Shown: positions 37,945 through 46,206, numbered from the stretch's first letter. The stretch: 64,000 bases of DNA from a virus (IMGVR_UViG_3300011445_000018:8896-72895), one strand, 5' to 3'. Made by a program: numbers and translations. The notes: generated by a model not told the origin, from the letters alone.

Positions 37945-38018
37945 CGTCTAGCGTTCGCTGGTCCAAAACAATGGCCCAGTACCGTGTATTTAGGTGCAAT
38001 CATCCCAGGAGACAAATT

Positions 38019-38231
38019 ATGACAACACTGTACCTCGTTGTTAAATATAACGAGGCAAATGTAGCTCGTTATATTGGGTACGTCTTGTTAAATGGTGCAG
38101 CGTGCAAAGTCATGGAAGCATCAATTATGGAAGATGTTAATGCCTACATGAAAATGCATGGCTACACTGAATTCAAATGGCGTGTACCCAAGCAACAATT
38201 GTATCAAATGATCCGTGTAAAGGAGTGGTAA
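38019..38231 (+). CDS. hypothetical protein (start MTTLY)
   Basis: Motif followed by RBS AGGAG. Confidence 0.7.
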   Translation: MTTLYLVVKYNEANVARYIGYVLLNGAACKVMEASIMEDVNAYMKMHGYTEFKWRVPKQQLYQMIRVKEW

Positions 38232-38256
38232 TGATTCTTGACTATAAAGGATCAAT

Positions 38257-38529
38257 GTGATGCTATATTTCGCCCTCTATGAACAATTAAAGGAGATTGT
38301 TCAATCGGAAGTGTTTGAGATCACTTTTGTTAAAAAAGATGGATCAACAAGAGTGATGAAATGTACCCTGACAGACCACCAGGAAACATTACTAAATGGA
38401 CTGTGCCCTGTTTGGGACATCGAGAACAATGGGCACCGCAGCGTTAATCTTAACAAAGTGGTGCAAATGATCTTTAACGACAAAGCCTACACCATAAAGG
38501 ATGAAAAATGGCAGTGTGTTTCACTTTAA
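38257..38529 (+). CDS. WYL_2 / Sm-like SH3 beta-barrel protein (DUF2693-like)
   Basis: ITF.KKDGSTR.M.CTL ... VWD.E..G.RS. Confidence 0.8.
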   Translation: MMLYFALYEQLKEIVQSEVFEITFVKKDGSTRVMKCTLTDHQETLLNGLCPVWDIENNGHRSVNLNKVVQMIFNDKAYTIKDEKWQCVSL

Positions 38530-38576
38530 CATTGTTAGCTTTGTTACTTCTTCTTAGCCTTCTGCTAAAAATATAA
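38508..38576 (+). CDS. 22-aa hydrophobic micropeptide MAVCFTLTLLALLLLLSLLLKI
   Basis: AAGGA 6 nt upstream; single transmembrane-length segment. Confidence 0.5.
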   Translation: MAVCFTLTLLALLLLLSLLLKI

Positions 38577-38629
38577 CGCTGGTCCAGCGTTCATGTATCA
38601 AGGAGACAATAGTCTTTGTTAAATGTATC

Positions 38630-38672
38630 AAAATGGCCGATAATCCGTACATGGATTATCGGCCATTTTTTT
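38630..38672 (+). terminator. intrinsic terminator between convergent operons (probably bidirectional)
   Basis: AAAATGGCCGATAATCC-gtacat-GGATTATCGGCCATTTTTTT. Confidence 0.9.
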
Positions 38673-38745
38673 GTTACCTTTAACATTTCCTTACTTTGTT
38701 AATTTTAACAAAATGCATGATACCTGGCTTTGTTAATTTTAACAA
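38671..38745. promoter_or_regulatory. repeated palindromes TTGTTAA-TT-TTAACAA
   Basis: Copies at 38695-38712 and 38730-38745, with a degenerate copy at 38671. Confidence 0.6.
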
Positions 38746-38747
38746 TT

Positions 38748-38915
38748 CTATTGGTTCTTTTCTAAAACCTCAATACGGCTAATCAGGTTAGTTATCTTGC
38801 ATCCTTCTGCAGCTGCAATCATAGATAACACCATAATGAATATTACTCCTACACACCCCCAATCTTCGCCAATGGTGATTTGGATTTCGTGTTTATGTTT
38901 TATTTCGTCTGCCAT
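38748..38915 (-). CDS. small membrane protein
   Basis: Transmembrane segment WGCVGVIFIMVLSMIAAA. Confidence 0.5.
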   Translation of the reverse strand: MADEIKHKHEIQITIGEDWGCVGVIFIMVLSMIAAAEGCKITNLISRIEVLEKNQ

Positions 38916-38916
38916 T

Positions 38917-39120
38917 TTAAGTCCGTTCTGTGAAACGCCTACGCCTCTTATTACAATGCTTACATTGTACCCCACGAATCTTCTCTAAAGATTTATCCAC
39001 CATTACACTTTTACCTCCGCAAATAGTGCACTCCACATTGTAATAAATACGTGAACCAAGGGAGTATGCAATGCTCTTAATTATCTTATTGCCGCGAACA
39101 TCATTCAGTTTGAATTTCAT
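38917..39120 (-). CDS. zinc-ribbon protein
   Basis: CTICG...CKHC. Confidence 0.55.
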   Translation of the reverse strand: MKFKLNDVRGNKIIKSIAYSLGSRIYYNVECTICGGKSVMVDKSLEKIRGVQCKHCNKRRRRFTERT

Positions 39121-39179
39121 CTCATACCTACAAATTTTTAAAATTTTACATGGTCCAAATGGCATGTTTCAAAGTAACA

Positions 39180-39659
39180 ATTTAGCACACTTTTTTGTCA
39201 ATCATTTTGCACTTTTTTGCACACTTTTTTGACAAAAATTTAAACGCCATTAGCGGCTCGCCTGACGGTGCTCGCCGAAGGCGTGTCGACAGTCGCAGGG
39301 CCGCTCGTTCGCCTACCTGTGTCAATGCGCGGAGCGTTCCCGGTCATCCTACGCGGTACGCCGGTCACCTACGTGGGAACTGACTGGCACGACCTTGGCT
39401 CCTATTCTTCCCCCTACTATCTTACATACTCTCTTTTTTTTCGATGGTCTAAGGATATAGAGAGAGTAGAGTCAGTCAGTAAGGAAACGTAAACGCGCAT
39501 GGCGTAAGGACTTACGTCGATTGGGCATAATTGCCTATCTTACCCATCCCTATCCATATTGCCTATCGTTCACATTTAGCCAAATGGGCACCGTAAAAAA
39601 GTTTGTCAAAAAAGTGTGCTAGAAAGTGAAAATTGCTTGTCAAAAAAGTGTGCTAAAAT
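39180..39659. other. candidate replication origin or control locus bracketed by inverted TGTCAAAAAAGTGTGCTA repeats
   Basis: Reverse copies at 39180 and 39215, forward copies at 39602 and 39637; non-coding core. Confidence 0.45.
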
Positions 39660-39683
39660 GGTGCTTAAACACGTAAGGTAAAT

Positions 39684-40001
39684 CTATGTAGTCAATTTGA
39701 CTACAGTCTTTGGGCTAAATGACATAATTCCGAGCAAAGCACCCTTTTCATAAGTCATTTTCTGCCCGAAATTGATAATCCTAACAAAAGGTAGGTGTAC
39801 AGCGTAACAAAAAACATCTCCTGTACACTGTAAATGCACCAAAAAACCTAAAATATTGAACGCACTTTCCAAATTAAAGCCCAAATCCATGGTATAAATG
39901 CCTCCCATGTCTATCACAAATGGCTCGTTGACAAAAATCTGTAACGTAGTGCTATCCAGTTGCTTAGGTAGGTAACGTGTTGATACATTTATCAGCTTCA
40001 T
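39684..40001 (-). CDS. degenerate dUTPase-fold-like protein
   Basis: Spacing of P....S, I..G, D.G and N.G.....KG......F.P; catalytic motifs absent. Confidence 0.35.
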   Translation of the reverse strand: MKLINVSTRYLPKQLDSTTLQIFVNEPFVIDMGGIYTMDLGFNLESAFNILGFLVHLQCTGDVFCYAVHLPFVRIINFGQKMTYEKGALLGIMSFSPKTVVKLTT

Positions 40002-40239
40002 CTATTAGTTCCTGTAACTTTTTATGAATGGCATTACGTGCCAAGTCAGCTATTCTAGCCATTTGTCGCTCGTTCGAGCGTTCATGGTCCAGCGTTCGCT
40101 CGTTCGAGCGTTCATGTTCCAGCGTTCGAGCGTTCACAAAATATTCCTCCAGCCAATCTAAAATATGGTCCGCTTCATCAATATTGTTGCACGCTAAATG
40201 CACTATACTGCCACATCTCGATATTGTTGGTTGTATCAT
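39964..40239 (-). CDS. hypothetical protein containing a DNA-motif repeat
   Basis: RTL(E/D)HERSNE twice. Confidence 0.55.
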   Translation of the reverse strand: MIQPTISRCGSIVHLACNNIDEADHILDWLEEYFVNARTLEHERSNERTLDHERSNERQMARIADLARNAIHKKLQELIDEADKCINTLPT

Positions 40240-40460
40240 AACAAACGTACAGTTGTCCGACTGTTTTGAATGACAAAATGCTCGAAATACCCCTCTTTCG
40301 GGGGGTAATTAGCGATATGCGACGTTTCAAGTACGCGTAAAATGGCATCAACATCAGTTAATGGAAGAAAAGTGACCCCATAATCCAATGTTAGATCGTC
40401 ATTTTCCCTACAAAAGAGTATTTTATTACTCCTCACGCAACGAAACATTGCCTGTCGCAT
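40236..40460 (-). CDS. hypothetical protein
   Basis: Coupled ORF. Confidence 0.5.
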   Translation of the reverse strand: MRQAMFRCVRSNKILFCRENDDLTLDYGVTFLPLTDVDAILRVLETSHIANYPPKEGYFEHFVIQNSRTTVRLL

Positions 40461-40722
40461 AGTCTTTCACCCGCTCAAGGTATTTATCCTTCCTTAAATT
40501 CGACAAACAGCGTAAAATCTCATCCTCAGGCATACGTATTGACGTCCGATGACGTATAATTGCACAGAATTCCATACATTCCGTAGGATGGAAGAGGAAT
40601 TGCTCTACCGTAGTGTGTTTCGGCTCGTAATCTCTCCACCATAAGCGTGCTACCTCGAAGAAAAAATCCTCAGTTTCCTTTTTCCAACCGTAAATTGCTA
40701 ATCGATCACTGATTTTCATCAT
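40426..40722 (-). CDS. hypothetical protein
   Basis: Coupled ORF ending in L.NLRK. Confidence 0.6.
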   Translation of the reverse strand: MMKISDRLAIYGWKKETEDFFFEVARLWWRDYEPKHTTVEQFLFHPTECMEFCAIIRHRTSIRMPEDEILRCLSNLRKDKYLERVKDYATGNVSLREE

Positions 40723-40792
40723 TGTTCGTTGGTCCCTCGTTCATTGTTAATGTTTTAGCGTTCGCTGGCCCGAGCGTTCACGGAACGCTATT

Positions 40793-41635
40793 CTAGCGTT
40801 CAGCGTTCATGAAATTAGGTTCAGATTGTACAATTTTCATGGCTTCAATCAAACATTTGTTAATTTTAGTACCCTGAAACAAAGATTTTAAACGATTCTC
40901 CTCCGTTCGACCGTAATCGAAATTATAATAACTATTTATTGCATTGTAAGCTCCCCATAATGTGTCCTCTGTGTAATATACCTTTATTTTCTCAATAACG
41001 CTGGTACGAGCGTTCCCTAAACAAGCTTTCCAGTATTCAATGGCCAATGATAATGTCATTTCATGATATGTAAGTGGCCACATACTAGCAATCTCACGAT
41101 CAATATACTTAAATTGCGAAACAACATCATCTACAAATCGACCGACTTTTTCCTCAGCGTTCAAAGTATGGCGAAATTTGCTCATGTATTTACCAATAGT
41201 TGGTAACATATTTGAACAAGTAAGCCTGTAAGGTAAAATGCCAGCTTGAATTGATGTATGTCCATTGTGACCATTCATAAGTAAGAGGTAACATTGAATA
41301 GCGTCCCCTCGTACATTGTACATTTGATCCACTAATTTTAACATACACCAAACACGAGCACCATTGTCCAATGTACCAATACTATCCAATCGACCAATAT
41401 TTCGTGTAACAATTTCCGAGCTAATCAAAGCTAGTATTTCGTTTTGTAGTGGCTTGAATTTCTTCCGACACATTCCTAAGACAGCTCGGTTGTCAGTACG
41501 CAGAATATAGTAATATCCCTTGGCCGCTATTCCGTTTATTAAGAACCCTTGTTCCACGTCAACGATGAAATTAGCTCCTGCTTCCTTGAAAGCTGTTCCA
41601 ACGTTCAAACAATCACTAACATCTATTCCTATCAT
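40793..41635 (-). CDS. DUF932/DUF945-family protein
   Basis: RTD...VLG......LQN, G.L..G.RVW, YLLL.NGH.G, R..C.N.L, RHT, TLWGAYNA. Confidence 0.85.
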   Translation of the reverse strand: MIGIDVSDCLNVGTAFKEAGANFIVDVEQGFLINGIAAKGYYYILRTDNRAVLGMCRKKFKPLQNEILALISSEIVTRNIGRLDSIGTLDNGARVWCMLKLVDQMYNVRGDAIQCYLLLMNGHNGHTSIQAGILPYRLTCSNMLPTIGKYMSKFRHTLNAEEKVGRFVDDVVSQFKYIDREIASMWPLTYHEMTLSLAIEYWKACLGNARTSVIEKIKVYYTEDTLWGAYNAINSYYNFDYGRTEENRLKSLFQGTKINKCLIEAMKIVQSEPNFMNAER

Positions 41636-41637
41636 AA

Positions 41638-41937
41638 TTAATTACTCTTTATTCTCATTGGTACTAATATTTCGCCGGTACAAGGTAATAATGTCCCACA
41701 CGTAGGACACCAATACATGCTATCAGTTGATATTTTACAATCCATTTTTGTCAAAACACATGAACATGTAGGACACGCTCGTTCCATACCCACTGTTTCA
41801 GCGTTCGAGCGTTCAGCGTTCGCTGTTCCAGCATTTTCTATTAAACAAGTAGTGCTACAAATAAAATCTCCTGGGTAAACAAAAGTTTTAAGATCTTTAA
41901 CATGTCCACAAATTCGACATTGAGCTATATATTTAAT
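41638..41937 (-). CDS. multi-CxxC zinc-finger protein, probably starting at ATT
   Basis: 99-codon frame KYIAQCRICG...CSTTC...CPTC...WCPTCG; AAGGA upstream of ATT. Confidence 0.45.
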   Translation of the reverse strand: MKYIAQCRICGHVKDLKTFVYPGDFICSTTCLIENAGTANAERSNAETVGMERACPTCSCVLTKMDCKISTDSMYWCPTCGTLLPCTGEILVPMRIKSN

Positions 41938-42868
41938 GGAACATATCCTTTAGCCAACTTTCGCCATTAGTATATGCCGCGTATTGAGTGTCCAAAATAC
42001 CACATCTAGCGATCGATTCCTCAAGCGTTCGCTCACGAAAGAAATGAAATGGTTCGCTAAAAATAATATCCCACAAAGCTTTGTAACATTCCAATGTTTT
42101 AATTTGAAAGGTGGGATTAATTTGACATCGATGTTCCGCAACCCTAATATTACCATGTGAACAGCAAAGCTGATCGACCGCTACAATAAAGAACGATCCA
42201 ACGGGTGCTCCACAAAGCCAGGCGTAAGTTGTTAATTGTTGCGACCATGCTGCATCAATGTCATCAAAGAACTCCGCAATATTCAAACGTACGCCATTAA
42301 TACGACTTATTTGTGCCTTAGAGTGTGGACCATCTTGATTGTTCCCTGGTCCACGTACCCGTATATAACCACGTTTTGGCGATACGGGGTAATTTGAACA
42401 ATATCCGTTTACTTTGAAATCGAGTATTATTGGTACGTTGTTACGATCAACATACCAAACGTCTGGTTTCCCAAGTAATTTCACACCCTCAACCGTCCCT
42501 TCAACAGTGAACTCAAATCGCGGTGTAGCAGTCGCTGCCATCAATTCCACCAGCAGGTCCGCTAATGCTCCGCACGATTTATATGCTTCAAAGCAAACCA
42601 ACCCAGCCTTGCGAGCGAAATCGCGATTACAAGCTTCCACTTGTGTCTCGAAAATTGATGCCAACTCGAATTGTGGGTCTAACCTACCCATTACCCGCTC
42701 AAATAAATAACTTTTCACGTATGCATCGAACGCTGAACCCACCGACATCGGTTCAGTTTGAGGCTCCCTGGGTGGGCTGTTATCAGCTAGATAATGTAGA
42801 TAATAATCCTCCTCCCCGTATTGATATTTCGCAAGAGCGGACGGACTTATAAATCTTGGATATCGCAT
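41933..42868 (-). CDS. PD-(D/E)xK exonuclease (RecB/Cas4-like)
   Basis: SPSAL, GSAFD, GKPD...ILDFK, QL..Y. Confidence 0.8.
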   Translation of the reverse strand: MRYPRFISPSALAKYQYGEEDYYLHYLADNSPPREPQTEPMSVGSAFDAYVKSYLFERVMGRLDPQFELASIFETQVEACNRDFARKAGLVCFEAYKSCGALADLLVELMAATATPRFEFTVEGTVEGVKLLGKPDVWYVDRNNVPIILDFKVNGYCSNYPVSPKRGYIRVRGPGNNQDGPHSKAQISRINGVRLNIAEFFDDIDAAWSQQLTTYAWLCGAPVGSFFIVAVDQLCCSHGNIRVAEHRCQINPTFQIKTLECYKALWDIIFSEPFHFFRERTLEESIARCGILDTQYAAYTNGESWLKDMFH

Positions 42869-43338
42869 AATCCACTTGTACTCCCACCAAATGACTCGCT
42901 ATAGTAAAATAACGCCTTACCCTGTCCCTTAACCAGCTTCTTGCACATCTCTTCTATTCTGTTAAATGTACCAATAATAGGCTCCTCTTCATAATAAATT
43001 ACATCATCAAATTCATATGGCCAGCAACTAAGTCGTTGACCAGCGATCAAGCCTTTAGTGTAATGTTTATCACGTAAATCAACGCCCGTATCCGCGAACA
43101 GTGCATGAGCGTTCGTGTGCCACGGTCCGATTAATGATACTGACCCACCATCAATTAATGGAAAAGTGATCGTGCGTCCAGCGAACCCCGTTCGATCGTT
43201 CGTTTGACAATAGATGAATTCCGCCCGCTCAGGTACATAAAGCCAAGTAGTACTACCCTCAATAATTTTAACATATTTTCGGTGCTCAGCTTCATATGAA
43301 CCACATAACATTGGCTTATTTAATATTACTTTTTTCAT
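42847..43338 (-). CDS. hypothetical protein
   Basis: Coupled ORF. Confidence 0.65.
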   Translation of the reverse strand: MKKVILNKPMLCGSYEAEHRKYVKIIEGSTTWLYVPERAEFIYCQTNDRTGFAGRTITFPLIDGGSVSLIGPWHTNAHALFADTGVDLRDKHYTKGLIAGQRLSCWPYEFDDVIYYEEEPIIGTFNRIEEMCKKLVKGQGKALFYYSESFGGSTSGLCDIQDL

Positions 43339-43580
43339 ACACTCTCCATTAATTTGTAAAGATTCTCATCTTTAAAAACAATTCCTTCATCAGTCATTTG
43401 CATCATTAAGAAATAAAATTTCACTCCACGTAATGTAGTTAGATGTTGTAATTCAAAAGCTGATAATTCCCCATATTTCTCTAATAATAAAATTATTAAT
43501 TTATGCTCTATCCTGGTCCGGCGTACATGGTTCCTTATAATCATATAAATAATCAATAGTATTAATAATATATAAAACAT
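43335..43580 (-). CDS. membrane-anchored small protein with a winged-helix-like C-terminus
   Basis: N-terminal transmembrane segment; LL.KYGELSA.EL. Confidence 0.5.
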   Translation of the reverse strand: MFYILLILLIIYMIIRNHVRRTRIEHKLIILLLEKYGELSAFELQHLTTLRGVKFYFLMMQMTDEGIVFKDENLYKLMESV

Positions 43581-43816
43581 TAGTTATCCTCTACATTAGG
43601 TTGCGTGGCATCGAAAGCTTTCAATGTCCTCACATATTTATCAAAAACAGGTAACGCTGTTTCTGGCTGTCGTAAGAAATTGTAATATGGGTCATACCCT
43701 GTTTGTTGTGCGAAAATAAATAAAACGCATTCCTCATGCGTAATGTTTTCCTTTAACATTTTAAGTAGAGGTGCGAAATGATCCATGTGCATTTTAATAA
43801 GTTCCTCGCGGGTCAT
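43580..43816 (-). CDS. hypothetical protein
   Basis: RBS AAGGA. Confidence 0.6.
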   Translation of the reverse strand: MTREELIKMHMDHFAPLLKMLKENITHEECVLFIFAQQTGYDPYYNFLRQPETALPVFDKYVRTLKAFDATQPNVEDN

Positions 43817-44130
43817 AATTTATCCTTTTCATAGCGATCCTCGAACCTGAAACAGCTATAACACCACCAACGCACGTACCAGCGTTCTCGGAACAGTACC
43901 CTTTCTTCTTGTGCAAACATAGGTCCATCACATTTTACACAAATCATATTCGCTCCCAGTGTTCAAATGTCGTACGATGCCAAAAATATGCCCAAGGATG
44001 CTGTCGATCATCAACCTGTACATGGAAACCAGGGAACATGAACTCATCGTTTATTGGAATGATGTGATTGAACCACTGGCCGAGAGCCGTGTGACCCTGT
44101 AATATTGGTAAGTCACCTATGTATTTATAT

Positions 44131-44976
44131 CTATTCATCATAACCTGTTGGAACCTCCGTTGCTTTGTTACGTTTAATAATGGCACCCTTTATTGGCACA
44201 ATACGTAGGTCGCGTTTACCTGGACCGCACCAACGGTGACCAAAATGTGGGTGTCTGTAATGCGGCGATATTTCAATATGTGATCCGACGTTCCAACCTA
44301 CAACACCATTACGCTTTGCACGTTCAATAATTTCATTATTTATTACTTTTGATGCATCGCGTTTCAATACTATTTGTTCAATTAGATCAGGTTCATTGAA
44401 CATTAGTCCGAGCATTATAACCATTTTCACACCATTAACACACGAACCGTATTCCTCATCATTTAATCCACCTTTCGGCAAATCATCTAATGATTGTTCA
44501 ATGGTCTCGTATCCTTGGATAGGAAAAACAAGTCTGTTATAAACAGGTAAATTTTCGTTATCTATTTCACCTGTGAAAGTATAGATTTTCAGTCCCGGAA
44601 CACCGTCCGAAAGTACGCGGCTCGATAGAACAGTTTGTATGCCACCCAGTTCATGTCCGATAGCAAAACGTATGTTCAAGCATTCAGGTAACAGCATTAT
44701 TTTTTGCTTAACGATGTCACATGAAATATCTAACTTTGTTTTTATTAACCCTTCACCTATAAAAGGCCAGACATTGAAAAATGGTCTGCGTAAATGTATC
44801 CAATTGATTTCCGTTGCAGCCTGATAGGCTAGCACTCGTTCATTAGTAATTACACTATCTTTGTATTTCCTATAAAGATATTCATAATATCGTAATTGTT
44901 CATCACGATTCATTTCACGTATGTCACCACGTTTTGAGAAAATCTCATAAATTGTTTTATATGTGTGCCAGTTCAC
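44131..44976 (-). CDS. hypothetical protein
   Basis: C-terminal SPHYR.PHF...W.GPG motif. Confidence 0.7.
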   Translation of the reverse strand: MNWHTYKTIYEIFSKRGDIREMNRDEQLRYYEYLYRKYKDSVITNERVLAYQAATEINWIHLRRPFFNVWPFIGEGLIKTKLDISCDIVKQKIMLLPECLNIRFAIGHELGGIQTVLSSRVLSDGVPGLKIYTFTGEIDNENLPVYNRLVFPIQGYETIEQSLDDLPKGGLNDEEYGSCVNGVKMVIMLGLMFNEPDLIEQIVLKRDASKVINNEIIERAKRNGVVGWNVGSHIEISPHYRHPHFGHRWCGPGKRDLRIVPIKGAIIKRNKATEVPTGYDE

Positions 44977-45374
44977 GTAACACGTCTTTCAATAATAACT
45001 TTGTTAGCAACAGTTAGGTCTGATTTACGGCCCTCTGGACATGTTTGATCGTCCACTGACGTTGGTCCAGCGTTCGAGTAAATTGGTTGACTCAAATCGA
45101 ATCCCTCGTACGCTATTGCACCGTCTTTGCCATAACTATTACCATCAATTAACATAACAATATCATCAGCATGATACTTGTTATCATTAACACTCCGTGA
45201 ACGATAGAACTCATATTCCTTAACAGTACCAATAGCATAACATGGACAGCATTCTACCGGCTCATCTTCATTTGGTGGTGGATCAGCGATCTGAATTGCT
45301 TGAGTTAATTCAGCTTCGTTCATTTGAACTAATACCTTTAACAAATCACCATAAGTCTTTATTTTGTGTATCAT
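44973..45374 (-). CDS. hypothetical protein
   Basis: Coupled ORF. Confidence 0.6.
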   Translation of the reverse strand: MIHKIKTYGDLLKVLVQMNEAELTQAIQIADPPPNEDEPVECCPCYAIGTVKEYEFYRSRSVNDNKYHADDIVMLIDGNSYGKDGAIAYEGFDLSQPIYSNAGPTSVDDQTCPEGRKSDLTVANKVIIERRVT

Positions 45375-45392
45375 AATAAATCAATAGCTTTG

Positions 45393-45950
45393 TTAAATGG
45401 TTTTGAGATCCGATACTTTCAGTATCGATAGTAAAGGTACGCCTAGAGCCTCTTCCGCCCCTTCTTCGCGGTCCACAATAACAGCACAAGCTGCAACATG
45501 TAAGTTGTGCGATACTAATATATCACGTACCTTACACAATGATTTACCGGTCGTTGCAACATCATCAATTAGTATCACCCGCTGTCCCGCTTTATATATT
45601 CCCTCGATATCTCGAAGCGAACCATGCATCCTATGCTCAGTTCTAACATAGATCGCATTAATAGCGGCCCAGGTAACGCTCAAACGCTGTAACATCGCTC
45701 CTGTTAGAAATAACCCACTCGTTATTACTCCACAAAAGAGATCATTTCTAGTTAATTCCAAGGAATGTTGCGTAAGTAACTGTGTAAAACACGTAGTGAT
45801 AAGATGTATGGTACGCGATTGTAGCATACAAGGTCGCATGTCAATATAGAAATCGCTTTCCTTTCCACTTGATAGTTTGAATTGCCCCTTTTTGAACCAA
45901 CCATTATCAATTATTGCTTTAATTAGTAGTTCTTTATCTGTCACGATCAA
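45393..45950 (-). CDS. pyrE: orotate phosphoribosyltransferase
   Basis: G.FKLSSG..S.FYID.R; PRPP loop VILIDDVATTG.S; VIVDREEG. Confidence 0.9.
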   Translation of the reverse strand: MIVTDKELLIKAIIDNGWFKKGQFKLSSGKESDFYIDMRPCMLQSRTIHLITTCFTQLLTQHSLELTRNDLFCGVITSGLFLTGAMLQRLSVTWAAINAIYVRTEHRMHGSLRDIEGIYKAGQRVILIDDVATTGKSLCKVRDILVSHNLHVAACAVIVDREEGAEEALGVPLLSILKVSDLKTI

Positions 45951-46206
45951 TCCTCTCTATTTCCGCTATTAACAAGGCCGCCGCACGTACCATATTACTT
46001 CTATGATCCTTCGGCTTTATATCACTCCACCCCTCTGGCCACAATCGTTCAGCGTTCTTTGGTTGATAATCAATGATACAGTACGCTGCTGCCGCGAACG
46101 CTAGTTCACAGTCATCGTTAATTATATCATCATGCTTTTCATCGTAACCCTCCACGTTTATTTGGCGTTCACGTTCCATTCCCACATCAAAAAGTGCTTT
46201 GAGCAT
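45934..46206 (-). CDS. conserved phage hypothetical protein
   Basis: ER.RQ...EG....HDD...ELA.AAA.Y...WP...AAALL.AEIER.DR. Confidence 0.75.
   Translation of the reverse strand: MLKALFDVGMERERQINVEGYDEKHDDIINDDCELAFAAAAYCIIDYQPKNAERLWPEGWSDIKPKDHRSNMVRAAALLIAEIERIDRDR

Larger units (their letters stand above)
33866..38006 (+). repeat. dispersed GCAACCATCCC motif array
   Basis: Copies at 33866, 34088, 34457, 34782, 35075, 35342, 37128, 37240, 37405, 37645 and 37996 (some degenerate); all intergenic and on the same strand. Confidence 0.95.

Noticed and set aside
33112-37994. Integron attC sites or transposon terminal inverted repeats
   Set aside because: No RYYYAAC/GTTRRRY core boxes, no integrase or transposase in the window, no target-site duplications. 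The G-U bias favours RNA pairing.
33866-38006. CRISPR array interpretation of the repeated motif
   Set aside because: The repeat is only 11-14 nt, the spacing is about 110-1800 nt and contains genes, and there is no cas operon. The PD-(D/E)xK nuclease is a common stand-alone phage gene.
39497-39522. dif/XerCD site at GGCGTAAGGACTTACGTC
   Set aside because: The central spacer is 4 bp rather than 6 and the arms match poorly; kept only as a palindrome.
39180-39659. sigma70 promoters from TTGACA within the repeats
   Set aside because: No acceptable -10 hexamer at 16-18 bp in the copies I checked.
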